From Trinickia sp. (lineage in GTDB: Bacteria; Pseudomonadota; Gammaproteobacteria; Burkholderiales; Burkholderiaceae): a stretch of 64,000 bases of DNA. Below are positions 10,137-20,930 of the stretch, one piece after another (position 1 is the stretch's first letter; each line of letters starts with the position of its first letter). The notes below the pieces were generated by a model that did not search any database, was not told the origin of the DNA, and saw only the letters and a list, made by a program, of their open reading frames with translations. The stretch lies in contig DATJJH010000177.1 of assembly GCA_035492395.1 (NCBI GenBank), forward strand, positions 14,035-78,034, written 5' to 3'. The position numbers were made by a program, and so were the translations under genes.

Positions 10137-10784
10137 ATGAAACTGATCATTGGTAACAAGAACTATTCGTCGTGGTCGATGCGCCCTTGGGTCATGATGA
10201 AGCACGCCGGCATCCCGTTCGAGGAAGTGATGGTGCCGCTGCGCGAGCCCGACACGAGCCAACGTATCCATGAGCATTCGCCCTCGAGCAAGGTGCCGTG
10301 CCTCGTGACCAACGAAGGGCAGCCGATTTGGGAGTCGCTCGCGATCCTCGAAACGTTGGCCGAGCGTTATCCGGAAAAGGCGCTGTGGCCGAGCGATGCA
10401 GCGGCGCGCGCCCACGCCCGCTCGGTCTCGAGCGAAATGCACGCCGGCTTCGGCCAGTTGCGCGCGCAGATGTCGATGAACATTCGCGCCCGCTGGCCCG
10501 GACGGGGCGCCACGCCCGACGCGTTGGCCGACGTGGCGCGCGTCGATGAGATCTGGGGCGATTGTCTGAAGCGCTATGGCGGCCCTTTCCTGTTCGGCGA
10601 GATGTTGACGATTGCGGATGCCATGTACGCGCCTGTCGTGATGCGATTCGTCACTTACGCGCCGGCCGTTTCCGATGCATCGCGCGGCTACATCGAGCAC
10701 ATGCTGGCGGTCCCCGCCATGCGCGAGTGGATCGATGGCGCGGCCGCGGAAACGCTCATCGCCGAGCTCGAAGACCCCGCATGA
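10137..10784 (+). CDS. Glutathione S-transferase family
   Basis: GNKNYSSWSMRPW, KVPCL, WESLAI and ADAMYAPVV motifs. Confidence 0.92.
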   Translation: MKLIIGNKNYSSWSMRPWVMMKHAGIPFEEVMVPLREPDTSQRIHEHSPSSKVPCLVTNEGQPIWESLAILETLAERYPEKALWPSDAAARAHARSVSSEMHAGFGQLRAQMSMNIRARWPGRGATPDALADVARVDEIWGDCLKRYGGPFLFGEMLTIADAMYAPVVMRFVTYAPAVSDASRGYIEHMLAVPAMREWIDGAAAETLIAELEDPA

Positions 10785-12022
10785 AGATTTACGTCGTAGG
10801 CGGGGCCGTCCGCGACGCATTGCTCGGCGTGCCCGTGTCCGACCGCGACTATGTCGTCGTCGGCGCGACGCCGGAGCAAATGGCGGCGCAGGGTTATCGT
10901 CCCGTGGGCAAGGATTTCCCCGTGTTTCTGCACCCCGAGACCCACGAGGAATACGCGCTTGCGAGGACGGAGCGGAAGACGGCGGCCGGCTATCACGGGT
11001 TCCAGTTCTACTATGCGCCGGACGTGACGCTCGAAGAGGATCTAGTGCGCCGCGATCTGACGATCAACGCGATGGCGCGCGAAGTGAGGCCCGACGGCGA
11101 ATGGGTTGGGCCCGTCATCGATCCCTTCGGCGGGCAGGCCGATTTGCAGGCGCGGCGCTTTCGGCACGTGGGCGAGGCGTTCGTCGAAGACCCGGTGCGC
11201 ATTCTGCGCGTAGCGCGCTTCGCCGCGCGCTTTCATGAATTCACGCTGGCTCCCGAAACGCTTGCGTTGATGCGGACGATGACGGCCGCGGGCGAAGTGG
11301 ATGCGCTCGTGCCCGAGCGCGTCTGGCAGGAGATTTCGCGTGGGCTGATGGAGCGCAAGCCGTCGCGCATGTTCGCCGTGCTGCGCGAGTGCGGCGCGCT
11401 CGCGCGTGTCTTGCCCGAAGTCGATGCGATGTTCGGCGTGCCGCAGCGCGCCGACTACCATCCGGAGGTCGACACGGGCGTGCACGTGATGATGGTCGTC
11501 GATTACGCGGCGTCGCGCGGGTATGCGCTGCCTGTGCGCTTCGCTGCGCTGACGCACGATTTGGGTAAGGCGACGACGCCCGACGACATCTTGCCGCGCC
11601 ACATCGGACACGAGACGCGCAGCGTCGATTTGCTCAAACCGATGTGCGAGCGGTTACGGGTGCCCAATGAATGCCGCGACCTCGCCCTGCTCGTGGCACG
11701 GGAGCACGGCAACATTCATCGCGTGATGGAGATGGGCGCGCAAGCCCTCGTGCGGCTGTTCGAACGGTGCGATGCGCTGCGCAAGCCCGCCCGCTTCGCC
11801 GAGGCCTTGCAGGCTTGCGAGTCGGACGCGCGCGGCCGGCTCGGTTTCGAGACGCGCGAGTATCCGCAGGCCGAGCGCCTGCGCGTGGCTTTGATGGCGG
11901 CGCGCGGCGTCGACGCGGGCGCCGTTGCGCAAGCGTTCGCGGACAATCCGGCGAAGATCAAGGAGGCCGTTCATCGGGCGCGCGCCAAGGCCGTTGCCGC
12001 CGCGCTGGGCGGCGAGCCTTGA
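10781..12022 (+). CDS. cca: Multifunctional CCA tRNA nucleotidyltransferase/phosphatase
   Basis: VGGAVRD, DRD, RRDLTINAMA, EDPVRILR and HD-domain HDLGK; ATGA overlap with GST. Confidence 0.96.
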   Translation: MKIYVVGGAVRDALLGVPVSDRDYVVVGATPEQMAAQGYRPVGKDFPVFLHPETHEEYALARTERKTAAGYHGFQFYYAPDVTLEEDLVRRDLTINAMAREVRPDGEWVGPVIDPFGGQADLQARRFRHVGEAFVEDPVRILRVARFAARFHEFTLAPETLALMRTMTAAGEVDALVPERVWQEISRGLMERKPSRMFAVLRECGALARVLPEVDAMFGVPQRADYHPEVDTGVHVMMVVDYAASRGYALPVRFAALTHDLGKATTPDDILPRHIGHETRSVDLLKPMCERLRVPNECRDLALLVAREHGNIHRVMEMGAQALVRLFERCDALRKPARFAEALQACESDARGRLGFETREYPQAERLRVALMAARGVDAGAVAQAFADNPAKIKEAVHRARAKAVAAALGGEP

Positions 12023-12047
12023 CGTTGCCGCGCATGCGCTGAAGCGT

Positions 12048-13268
12048 CTACAACGTGTGCGACCGGTCTCCGCGCGCGAAGGCGTCGATCGCGCCGTCGA
12101 TGCCGCGTGAAAACGCGATCACCTTGAACAACTCGCCCATCTCGGCTTCCGACATCAGCTTTTGCACGGCATTGGCCGCCGGCAGGAAACGCGCGACATC
12201 GTTCGGATCGATTTCGGCGAGCGCCTCGGTAATGCCCGCGTTTATCAAGAAGCGCGCTTGCGACGTGTAGCCGAGCAGATCAGCCCCCGTTTCGACGCCC
12301 GCTTCGGCGATACGCGTGAATTCGACGTGCGCGGTAATGTCCTGCAGCCCCGGATAGAGAAACGGGTCGCCGTGCGCGCGGTGACGGTAGTGGCACATCA
12401 GCGTGCCTTGCGTGCGCTGCGGGTGGTAGTACTCGCCGCGCGGAAAGCCATAGTCGATGAAGAACGCCGCCCCGCGCACGAGCATCGAACAGACGGTGCG
12501 CGTGAAGGCCGCAGCGGCCGAATGGGTCTCGGCGATGTAGTCGCCGTCCGGGGCGATCTCCGCGTCGATCTGGGCCAGCAGCGCGGCGTCTTCCTTGCCG
12601 ATTCGCCCTTCGCGCGCATCCAACGGGCGGTCGTCGAAGCGAAAGGCCCCTGTTTCATCGACGGATACGCCGCGCGCGCTCCAGACGCCGGCCGTGCGTG
12701 CGTAAAGCTCAATGGGCATTGCGTCGAGCACTTCGTTGCCGATCACGACCCCTTCGAAATGTGCGGGCAATGCATCGAGCCAGGTCACGCGCGAGGCCAG
12801 GGCGCCGCCGAGCGCTTCGATCGTGGCGCGCTGGCGTTCACGCAATTCGCCGGATAGGTCGACGATGGCATAGCTTTGGAGCGGCACGCTCAACGCATCG
12901 AGGGCGCTCAGAATCCCGGCCGCGAGACGTCCGGTGCCTGCGCCGAACTCCATCAGGCGGGTCGTACCGCTTGCCGTGAGCGCTTGGGCGAGCGCGCGCG
13001 CAAGCGTTTGGGCGAACAGCGGGGACAGTTCCGGGGCCGTGACGAAGTCGCTGCCGTCTTCGGCGCGATGCCCGAACTTGCGCGCGCCGCCGCTGTAATA
13101 GCCGAGTCCCGGCGTATAGAGCGTGAGTTCCAGGTAGCGGTCGAACGGCAGCCACCCGCCCGCCTGTGAAATGGCTTCGCGGATGTGCGCGGTCAGGGCG
13201 GCGCTTGCGTCGAGCGCATCGGCGGCGGGAACAGGTAAACTAGCGGGTTCGTGAGCATTCTGATTCAT
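12048..13268 (-). CDS. Class I SAM-dependent methyltransferase (MidA/NDUFAF7 family)
   Basis: GYYS, DFVTAPELS, EFGAGTG, NEVLDAMP, IDYG and GLQDITAHV motifs. Confidence 0.9.
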   Translation of the reverse strand: MNQNAHEPASLPVPAADALDASAALTAHIREAISQAGGWLPFDRYLELTLYTPGLGYYSGGARKFGHRAEDGSDFVTAPELSPLFAQTLARALAQALTASGTTRLMEFGAGTGRLAAGILSALDALSVPLQSYAIVDLSGELRERQRATIEALGGALASRVTWLDALPAHFEGVVIGNEVLDAMPIELYARTAGVWSARGVSVDETGAFRFDDRPLDAREGRIGKEDAALLAQIDAEIAPDGDYIAETHSAAAAFTRTVCSMLVRGAAFFIDYGFPRGEYYHPQRTQGTLMCHYRHRAHGDPFLYPGLQDITAHVEFTRIAEAGVETGADLLGYTSQARFLINAGITEALAEIDPNDVARFLPAANAVQKLMSEAEMGELFKVIAFSRGIDGAIDAFARGDRSHTL

Positions 13269-13281
13269 TCCGGCATTGTAA

Positions 13282-14100
13282 ATGACCGCTTCCCCTAATC
13301 CTCGATCCGACGCCGGCGCCCCGGCCGGCCCGCGTGTCGTGCTCGTGACGGGCGCGGCGCGGCGCATCGGGCGCGCGCTCGCGCTCGGCTTCGCGGCCAA
13401 GGGCTGGGACGTGGCTGTCCACTACGGGGCGTCGCGGAGCGAGGCGGATACGCTCGTCGCGCAAATTCGCGCACTGGGCCGCCGCGCTCAGGCGCTGGCG
13501 GCGGATCTGGCCGTGGAGCACGAGGCCGCGGGGCTTGTCGCCGCCTGCACCGCGGCGCTCGGGCGGCCCGCCTGCATCGTCAACAACGCGTCGCGGTTCG
13601 TCGAAGACACCGCGCGCGACGTCGGCTACGCGTCGCTGCTCGCGCATATGGCCGTGAACGTCGCGGCGCCGCTCGTGCTGGCGCGCGCGCTGTACGACGC
13701 GACGCCGGACGCAGCGCGCGATGACGAGGCGCTGCGCGGCGTCGTTATCAATGTGCTCGACCAGAAGCTGTCCAACCTGAATCCGGATTATTTGTCGTAT
13801 ACGTTGTCGAAGGCGGCGCTGCAAACGGCGACGGTGACGCTCGCGCAAGCGCTGGCGCCGAAGGTGCGCGTGGTGGGCATTGCGCCGGGCCTGACGCTGC
13901 AGTCGGCCGATCAGACCCCGGACGAATTCGCTCAAGCGCACCGCGTGACGCCGCTCGGGCGGGCGTCGACGCCCGAGGATGTGGTCGCGGCGGCCTGCTA
14001 TTTGGCCGAAGCGCGCGGCGTGACGGGCGCGACGTTGGTCGTCGACGGCGGCCAGCACCTCGTGCCGTTGCCGCGGGACGTGATGTTTTTGACGCGCTGA
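13282..14100 (+). CDS. SDR family oxidoreductase (pteridine reductase/FolM-like)
   Basis: TGAARRIG, VNNAS, YTLSKAAL and VDGGQHL motifs; adjacent to folB. Confidence 0.88.
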   Translation: MTASPNPRSDAGAPAGPRVVLVTGAARRIGRALALGFAAKGWDVAVHYGASRSEADTLVAQIRALGRRAQALAADLAVEHEAAGLVAACTAALGRPACIVNNASRFVEDTARDVGYASLLAHMAVNVAAPLVLARALYDATPDAARDDEALRGVVINVLDQKLSNLNPDYLSYTLSKAALQTATVTLAQALAPKVRVVGIAPGLTLQSADQTPDEFAQAHRVTPLGRASTPEDVVAAACYLAEARGVTGATLVVDGGQHLVPLPRDVMFLTR

Positions 14101-14184
14101 CGCGTGACGCGTGACGCGCCGGCCGGCCCCGGCCGCGCCGGGCTTTTAGCGCTCATGCAGCGCAATACTTTGATTGGAACGAAT

Positions 14185-14586
14185 ATGGTCGCCGCTCTCT
14201 TGCATCCCAGGCTCGCCGACTGCCGCAGGCTGTTTCTGCGCAACTACGAGGTCTATATCAACATCGGCGTGCACGATTTCGAGAAACGCGGCGAGCAGCG
14301 CGTCGTCCTCAACGTCGAGCTGTTCGTGCCGCTCGCGCAGACGACGCCGCTCGAGGACAAACTGCACGAGGTCGTCGATTACGACTTCATGCGCGCAACG
14401 ATCGCGCGCCGCGTCGGTCAGGGGCACATTCATCTGCAAGAGACGCTTTGCGACGATATCGCGGCCACGATGCTCGAGCATCCCCGCGTGCGCGCGGTGT
14501 CGGTTTCGACCGAAAAGCCCGATGTTTATCCCGACTGCGACGCCGTGGGCGTCGAAGTGTTTCGCATTAAAGAGGAATCGGCATGA
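14185..14586 (+). CDS. folB: Dihydroneopterin aldolase
   Basis: IGVHDFE, VVDYD, LQETL and KPDVY motifs. Confidence 0.88.
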   Translation: MVAALLHPRLADCRRLFLRNYEVYINIGVHDFEKRGEQRVVLNVELFVPLAQTTPLEDKLHEVVDYDFMRATIARRVGQGHIHLQETLCDDIAATMLEHPRVRAVSVSTEKPDVYPDCDAVGVEVFRIKEESA

Positions 14587-15575
14587 ACGCGCCCGATAGC
14601 ATCGCGCCCGAAGGCGCGGCGCGCGAACGAGACGAGGCAAGCGAGCGCCGCGCGCTGACGCGCCGCGAACAAAAGGAAGCGTACGAGAACAACAAGCTGT
14701 TCAAGCGGCTTGCTCGTCTCGTCGGTCAAGCGATCGGCGACTTCAATATGATCGAGGCCGGCGACAAGGTGATGGTATGCATGTCGGGCGGCAAGGACAG
14801 CTATGCGATGCTTGATATGCTCATGCGGCTGCGCGAGCGCGCGCCGATCGATTTCGAGCTGATTGCCGTCAATCTCGACCAAAAGCAGCCCGGTTTTCCC
14901 GAGCATGTGCTGCCCGATTATCTGACGAGCTTGGGCGTACCGTTTCACATCGAGAATCAGGACACCTACAGCATCGTCAAGCGGCTCGTGCCCGAAGGCA
15001 AGACGACGTGTTCGCTGTGCTCGCGGCTGCGGCGGGGCATTTTGTACCGCGTGGCGGGCGAGCTCGGGGCGACGAAGATCGCGCTTGGCCACCATCGCGA
15101 CGACATCTTGCAGACGACGCTGCTCAACATGTTCTACGGCGGCAAGCTCAAGGGCATGCCGCCGAAGCTGCAGTCGGACGACGGCAAGAACATCGTGATT
15201 CGGCCGCTCGCATACGTGAAAGAAATCGACCTCGAGAAATACGCCCAATTGCGTGCGTTCCCGATCATTCCGTGCAACTTATGCGGTAGTCAGCCCAACC
15301 TGAAACGTGCGGAAATGAAAGCGCTGATTCGCGAGTGGGACAAGCGCTTTCCGGGGCGCGTCGACAATATGTTCAGTGCGCTGTCCAACGTGGTGCCGTC
15401 GCACTTGATGGATGCGTCGCTGTTTCCGTTCGCGGGACTGCGTGCGACTGGGCAGGCCGATCCGCTCGGCGACATCGCGTTCGACGACGAACCGTGCGCG
15501 ACCGATGGGGCCGATGCAACCGGGAGCCCAGCCGATGGGCAGAAAATTTCGTTCGCTCGATTCGACGATCTTTGA
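14583..15575 (+). CDS. ttcA: tRNA 2-thiocytidine(32) synthetase
   Basis: PP-loop [22 protein letters not shown] and PCNLCGSQ motifs. Confidence 0.96.
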   Translation: MNAPDSIAPEGAARERDEASERRALTRREQKEAYENNKLFKRLARLVGQAIGDFNMIEAGDKVMVCMSGGKDSYAMLDMLMRLRERAPIDFELIAVNLDQKQPGFPEHVLPDYLTSLGVPFHIENQDTYSIVKRLVPEGKTTCSLCSRLRRGILYRVAGELGATKIALGHHRDDILQTTLLNMFYGGKLKGMPPKLQSDDGKNIVIRPLAYVKEIDLEKYAQLRAFPIIPCNLCGSQPNLKRAEMKALIREWDKRFPGRVDNMFSALSNVVPSHLMDASLFPFAGLRATGQADPLGDIAFDDEPCATDGADATGSPADGQKISFARFDDL

Positions 15576-15683
15576 CGCTCCAGCGCAAGCGGCAAAGGGC
15601 AGGCGCGTTCGACGCGGCGTCCTTTGCGCGGGTGGTCGCATGGTAAAATCGCGCACTTTGTACCTTATTTTTTCGTCGATGCA

Positions 15684-17045
15684 ATGAACATCGTCATATT
15701 GGCTGCGGGCACCGGCAAGCGCATGCGCTCCGCGTTGCCGAAGGTGCTTCACCCATTGGCCGGCCGGCCGCTTCTTTCGCATGTGATCGACACGGCGCGC
15801 GCGCTCGATCCGGTTCGCATCGTCGTCGTGGTTGGCCACGGCGCGCAGGCCGTGCAGCAAGCCGTGGCGGCGCCCGATATCGCGTTCGTGCTGCAGGCTG
15901 AGCAGCTCGGCACCGGGCACGCGGTGCAGCAGGCGTTGCCGCTGCTCGACCCCGCGCAACCCACGCTCGTGCTTTACGGCGATGTGCCGCTCACGCGGCC
16001 GTCCACGCTCAAGCGATTGGCCGACGAGGCCGTGGAAGGGCGCTACGGCATTTTGACGGTCACGCTCGACGATCCTACCGGCTATGGCCGGATCGTACGC
16101 GACGCGGGCGGCTACGTGACGCGTATCGTCGAACAGAAGGATGCGACGCCGGAGCAATTGCGCATCGCCGAGATCAACACCGGCATCGTCGTGACGCCGA
16201 CGGCGCAGTTGGCCATGTGGCTCGGCGCGCTGAAGAACGACAACGCGCAAGGCGAGTTCTACTTGACCGACGTCGTCGAGCACGCGATCGAAGCCGGTTT
16301 CGATGTGGTGACGACGCAGCCCGACCACGAATGGGAAACGCTCGGCGTGAACAGCAAGGCGCAGCTGGCCGAACTCGAGCGTATCCATCAGCGTACGCTG
16401 GCCGATGCGCTGCTTGGCGCGGGCGTGACGATTCTCGATCCCGCACGCCTGGACGTGCGCGGCGAGCTGACGTGCGGCCGCGACGTATCGATCGACGTCA
16501 ACTGCGTGTTCGAAGGCAGCGTGACGCTGGCCGACGGCGTCACGATCGGGGCGAACTGTGTGCTGCGCGACGCTACGATCGGCGCCGGCACGCGTATCGA
16601 ACCGTTTACGCATATCGAGGGCGCGCGGGTAGGCGCCCATGCGGTACTCGGGCCGTACGCACGGCTGCGCCCGGGCGCGGTGCTCGCCGACGAAGCGCAC
16701 GTGGGCAATTTCGTCGAGGTGAAGAATGCGACGCTCGGCCACGGTTCGAAGGCGAACCATCTGACGTACATCGGCGATGCCGACATCGGCGCGCGCGTCA
16801 ACGTGGGCGCGGGCACGATCACCTGCAACTACGACGGCGCGAACAAGTATCGCACCGTGATCGAGGACGACGTTTTCGTGGGCTCGGACACGCAGTTCGT
16901 CGCGCCGGTGAAGGTGGGCCGGGGCGTAACGATCGCAGCCGGCACGACGGTATGGAAGGACGTACCCGAAGGCTCGCTCGTGCTCAACGAAAAGACGCAG
17001 GTGACGCGCGACGGCTACGCGCGGCCGGTCAAGAAAAAGAGCTGA
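15684..17045 (+). CDS. glmU: Bifunctional UDP-GlcNAc pyrophosphorylase/acetyltransferase
   Basis: [17 protein letters not shown], hexapeptide repeats and NYDGANK. Confidence 0.97.
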   Translation: MNIVILAAGTGKRMRSALPKVLHPLAGRPLLSHVIDTARALDPVRIVVVVGHGAQAVQQAVAAPDIAFVLQAEQLGTGHAVQQALPLLDPAQPTLVLYGDVPLTRPSTLKRLADEAVEGRYGILTVTLDDPTGYGRIVRDAGGYVTRIVEQKDATPEQLRIAEINTGIVVTPTAQLAMWLGALKNDNAQGEFYLTDVVEHAIEAGFDVVTTQPDHEWETLGVNSKAQLAELERIHQRTLADALLGAGVTILDPARLDVRGELTCGRDVSIDVNCVFEGSVTLADGVTIGANCVLRDATIGAGTRIEPFTHIEGARVGAHAVLGPYARLRPGAVLADEAHVGNFVEVKNATLGHGSKANHLTYIGDADIGARVNVGAGTITCNYDGANKYRTVIEDDVFVGSDTQFVAPVKVGRGVTIAAGTTVWKDVPEGSLVLNEKTQVTRDGYARPVKKKS

Positions 17046-17174
17046 CGAAACCGGCGGCTGAATAGCCGCGCGAAGTCGCGAGACTTCGACGGCGCATGCG
17101 CTCACGCACAGATGCGATGAGCGGTTGCGCTGCAAGATCGAATCAAGAAGCACTCATCGAAAGGAAGGTCTCCC

Positions 17175-18992
17175 ATGTGTGGCATCGTCGGCGCCGTCGC
17201 GCAGCGCAATATCGTTCCCGTTCTCGTCGAAGGACTACGCCGCCTCGAATACCGCGGCTACGATTCGTGCGGCGTGGCCGTGCTGACGGACGGCGCGCCG
17301 CGCCGTGCGCGTAGTGTCGCCCGCGTGGCCGATCTCGATGCGCAGGTGCGCGACGGTCATCTCGAAGGCGTGACGGGCATCGCGCACACGCGTTGGGCCA
17401 CGCACGGCGCGCCGGTCACCGACAACGCACACCCGATTTTTTCGAGAGACGCGGTGGCGCTCGTGCACAACGGCATCATCGAGAACTTCGAATCGTTGCG
17501 CGAGATGCTGCGCGGCAAAGGCTACGTGTTCGTGTCGCAGACCGACACGGAAGTCATCGCGCATTTGATTCATAGCCTCTATCAAGGCAGCTTGTATGCG
17601 GCGGTTTGCGAGGCGGTCAAGCAATTGCACGGCGCCTATGCGATCGCGGTGGTGCACAAGGACGAACCGCATACGGTCGTGGGCGCGCGGCAGGGCTCGC
17701 CGCTCGTCGTCGGGGTGGGGCGCGGCGAGAATTTCCTGGCGTCCGATGCGCTGGCGCTGGCCGGCAGCACCGAGCAGTTCATGTTCCTCGAAGAAGGCGA
17801 CGTGTGCGAGCTGACGCAAGCCGGCGTGCGCATCAGCGACCGCGACGGCAACGGCGTCGAGCGCGAAGTGCGCACGGTGCACGCCTACGGCGGCGCGGTC
17901 GAGCTTGGGCCCTATCGCCACTTCATGCAGAAGGAAATTTTCGAGCAGCCGCGCGCGATCACCGACACGCTGCCCGTGGGGGACACGCTCGAGCCGGCGC
18001 TATTCGGCGAAGCGGCGGCGGCCGCGTTCGACGAGATCGACAGCATTTTGATTTTGGCGTGCGGCACCAGTTATTACTCGGGACTGACGGCGAAGTACTG
18101 GCTCGAATCGATCGCGAAGATTTCGACGCAGGTCGAGATTGCGAGCGAATATCGCTATCGCGAATCGGTGCCGAATCCGAAGGCGCTCGTCGTCGTCATT
18201 TCCCAATCGGGGGAAACCGCCGATACGCTCGCCGCGCTCAAGCACGCGCAGGAGCTGGGACACAGGCATACGCTTGCCGTGTGCAACGTGGGCACGAGCG
18301 CGATGGTGCGGCTCACGCAGATGCAGTTCTTGACGCATGCGGGGCGCGAGATCGGCGTCGCATCGACGAAGGCGTTCACGACGCAGCTCGTCGCGCTGTT
18401 CACGCTCGCGGTCACGCTCGGCAAGCTACGCGGCCGTGTCGATGCGGCCAAGGAAGCCGACTACGTGAAGCAGCTGCGCCACTTGCCCGCCGCGCTGAAC
18501 AGCGTGCTGGCGCTGGAGCCGCAAATCATCGCGTGGTCGGAAGAGTTTTCGCGCAAGGAAAACGCGTTGTTCCTCGGGCGCGGGCTGCACTATCCGATTG
18601 CGCTCGAAGGCGCACTCAAGCTCAAGGAAATTTCGTACATCCACGCTGAAGCGTATCCGGCTGGGGAACTCAAGCATGGACCGCTCGCGCTCGTGACCGA
18701 AGCGATGCCCGTCGTGACGGTGGCGCCCAACGACGCGCTACTGGAAAAGCTCAAGTCGAACATGCAGGAAGTGCGTGCGCGCGGCGGCCAGCTTTACGTG
18801 TTCGCCGATTCGGATACGAAGATCGTCAACGAAGAAGGCATGCACGTGATTCGGATGCCGGAGCACTACGGCATGCTCTCGCCTATTCTTCATGTGGTGC
18901 CGTTGCAGTTGCTGGCGTATCACACTGCTTGCGCGCGCGGGACCGATGTCGATAAGCCGCGGAACTTGGCGAAATCGGTGACCGTGGAGTGA
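17175..18992 (+). CDS. glmS: Glutamine-fructose-6-phosphate transaminase
   Basis: MCGIVG start, [17 protein letters not shown] and C-terminal [11 protein letters not shown]. Confidence 0.98.
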   Translation: MCGIVGAVAQRNIVPVLVEGLRRLEYRGYDSCGVAVLTDGAPRRARSVARVADLDAQVRDGHLEGVTGIAHTRWATHGAPVTDNAHPIFSRDAVALVHNGIIENFESLREMLRGKGYVFVSQTDTEVIAHLIHSLYQGSLYAAVCEAVKQLHGAYAIAVVHKDEPHTVVGARQGSPLVVGVGRGENFLASDALALAGSTEQFMFLEEGDVCELTQAGVRISDRDGNGVEREVRTVHAYGGAVELGPYRHFMQKEIFEQPRAITDTLPVGDTLEPALFGEAAAAAFDEIDSILILACGTSYYSGLTAKYWLESIAKISTQVEIASEYRYRESVPNPKALVVVISQSGETADTLAALKHAQELGHRHTLAVCNVGTSAMVRLTQMQFLTHAGREIGVASTKAFTTQLVALFTLAVTLGKLRGRVDAAKEADYVKQLRHLPAALNSVLALEPQIIAWSEEFSRKENALFLGRGLHYPIALEGALKLKEISYIHAEAYPAGELKHGPLALVTEAMPVVTVAPNDALLEKLKSNMQEVRARGGQLYVFADSDTKIVNEEGMHVIRMPEHYGMLSPILHVVPLQLLAYHTACARGTDVDKPRNLAKSVTVE

Positions 18993-19068
18993 AGGGGGCA
19001 TGATCCGGCGAGGCAGAGCGTGTCGCTGGTGCTTATTCAACGCAATGAAGAACTTCGTTTGAGAGTAT

Positions 19069-19176
19069 GCGCAGTAAAGTAGGATTTTGTGCGGTTTGTC
19101 CTACTTTGCTGCGCTTTCATTTGACCGACGATGCGCAACAAAGTATGATTTTTATAAATTATCCTACTTTGCTGCC
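19069..19176 (+). promoter_or_regulatory. Two palindromic operators around a sigma70 promoter (autoregulation of the TA operon)
   Basis: GCGCAGTAAAGTAGGA(19069-84)-N14-TCCTACTTTGCTGCGC(19099-114); GCGCAACAAAGTATGA(19133-48)-N13-TCCTACTTTGCTGCC(19162-76); TTGACC(19121-26)-17-TATGAT(19144-49). Confidence 0.8.
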
Positions 19177-19491
19177 ATGCATACGCTATCCGAGATCGCA
19201 GGCTTTCTCCGTGACCGGCTCAAAAAGACCGGGATCACTCAGCGCGCCCTGGGAGACCGGTCGGGCCTCGCCCGCCGCACGCTGACGGGGGTATTGAGCG
19301 GCGAGGCAGACTTCAAAGTAACGACGTTGGTCGCCGTACTCGATTGCCTGGGGTATGAACTCGCCTTCGTGCCCAAGGGGGCTGCGGCCGGCATGGCTGC
19401 CGATACCGCATTTGCGCCGACAAAACCGGCCGTGAAGACCCGCGTACAGTCCGCGCGCGAGAAGTTGCAGAGGGATTCGGACGAACAATGA
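19177..19491 (+). CDS. XRE/HTH_3 antitoxin (HipB-like)
   Basis: ITQRALGDRSGLARRTLTGVLSGE HTH plus LDCLGYEL; directly upstream of the HipA-family gene. Confidence 0.82.
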   Translation: MHTLSEIAGFLRDRLKKTGITQRALGDRSGLARRTLTGVLSGEADFKVTTLVAVLDCLGYELAFVPKGAAAGMAADTAFAPTKPAVKTRVQSAREKLQRDSDEQ

Positions 19492-19504
19492 CCGTGTCGA
19501 CACC

Positions 19505-20893
19505 ATGAACGTCAAAGCGCTAGGCATTTTCATCGGTAAGGCGCAACGCGTCGGCGTTCTGTTTCAGTACGTGCTGGGCGAAAAGCAGGTCGTGAACCGA
19601 TTCGTCGCCGACGACGCCTTCGCGAACCTGGGCAACGCGCCCGTACTATCGCTGTCGATGCTCGCGGAAGACTCGGTAGCGCAGAAAGCGCTGTGGGCCG
19701 ACGTCGGCTCCACGCTATTCAACGGCGCCTATAGCGCGGCCAACGGATGGTTGTTGCCGGCCTTCTTTCAAAACCTGCTGCCTGAAGGCGTCTTTCGCGA
19801 CCATGTCGCGCTACAGCGCGGGTGCGATCCGAAAGACCACTTTGAAATGCTCGCCGCTTGCGGCCGCGATTTGCCGGGGAACGTCTACGCGTTGCCCCTC
19901 GAACTGTCGCGTGGCGAGTTGGCGCACTTTGTCACGCAGGATGCGGATTCGCTCGAGATGTCCGTCACCGCCGAGCCTCTCGAGGACGGCGTCTCGCTCT
20001 CCGGCGTACAACCGAAGGTGGGGGTGATCGAGGAAGGCGGCCGTTACGTAGGGCGCACGAAGCTGCGGGACACGCACATCATCGCCAAGCTGCCGGTGGT
20101 AGGCCAACCGCTGCTGCCCGAGTTGGAGTGTCTGTCTTTGCGCCTTGCTGCCGCGGCTGGCGTGAGTGTCACGCGGGCTCACCTCGAGCCTCTGGAAAAG
20201 CTCGCGGTGGAACATGGATACGACCTCGGCGACGCCGACGGTAAAACGAACTTCCTCGCAGTGACTCGGTACGACAGGACGCCGGAAGGCCGCGTGCATT
20301 CCGAAGACTTCGCTCAAGTGCTTGGCGTGCAGCCGGAGCAAAAGTACCTTGGCGCCAGCTACCTCGATATTGCCGGGGTCATGCTTGCGTTTCCATCGCT
20401 GGGGGAGCCGGCGGTGCATGAGCTGTTGCGGCGCATTGTCGTCAACGAGATGCTGGGCAATCCCGACATGCATCTGAAGAACATCGGGGTGTGGTACCCC
20501 GACGGTCGGACGCCGGCGCTCCCTCCCGCCTACGACATCGTCGCTTATGCCGCGTACAACCGGCGCATCGGGCATGCGTTGCATCTGTTGCCGGCGGAGA
20601 AGGTCAAGCCGCGAATGACTGTCGCACAGGCGCTGCAGGGCAAAGCCGCAAAGCCAAGTATCGGGCCAAACGTCATTCGGCGATTTTGCGCCGAATTGCG
20701 TATTGCGGAGAAGCCTGCGGCGACCGTCGTGCGAAGGGTCGTTGCCGATGCGGTGAAACATTGGCCGTCGATGATCGAGGCGTCGCTGCTGACCGCGGCA
20801 CAGAGGCGACGGCTTCTCGCGCACTTTTACTCGCACCCGCTCGTGGAGTCGCTATTGCGTCGGGAGCGGCCGGTGGGGGCGGATCACGAGTGA
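19505..20893 (+). CDS. hipA: HipA family Ser/Thr kinase toxin
   Basis: FFQNLLPEG (HipA_N), SLSGVQPK P-loop, HSEDFAQ, GNPDMHLKN and PAYDIV motifs. Confidence 0.9.
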   Translation: MNVKALGIFIGKAQRVGVLFQYVLGEKQVVNRFVADDAFANLGNAPVLSLSMLAEDSVAQKALWADVGSTLFNGAYSAANGWLLPAFFQNLLPEGVFRDHVALQRGCDPKDHFEMLAACGRDLPGNVYALPLELSRGELAHFVTQDADSLEMSVTAEPLEDGVSLSGVQPKVGVIEEGGRYVGRTKLRDTHIIAKLPVVGQPLLPELECLSLRLAAAAGVSVTRAHLEPLEKLAVEHGYDLGDADGKTNFLAVTRYDRTPEGRVHSEDFAQVLGVQPEQKYLGASYLDIAGVMLAFPSLGEPAVHELLRRIVVNEMLGNPDMHLKNIGVWYPDGRTPALPPAYDIVAYAAYNRRIGHALHLLPAEKVKPRMTVAQALQGKAAKPSIGPNVIRRFCAELRIAEKPAATVVRRVVADAVKHWPSMIEASLLTAAQRRRLLAHFYSHPLVESLLRRERPVGADHE

Positions 20894-20930
20894 CTCGAGC
20901 ACTTGCAATACAGTAGGGGGCGCCCCCCCA

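Noticed and set aside
15279-17153. Long antisense/alternate-frame ORFs (e.g. 624 aa here, 704 aa at 36655, 583 aa at 50857)
   Set aside because: Shadow ORFs typical of high-GC coding DNA, opposite well-supported genes.
18993-19060. Tn7 end at attTn7 (TGT at 19021)
   Set aside because: No TnsB-site repeats, no matching opposite end or 5-bp target duplication seen, and no tns genes.
19069-19176. Mini CRISPR array
   Set aside because: Only two palindromic units with short spacers and no cas genes; better explained as operators.
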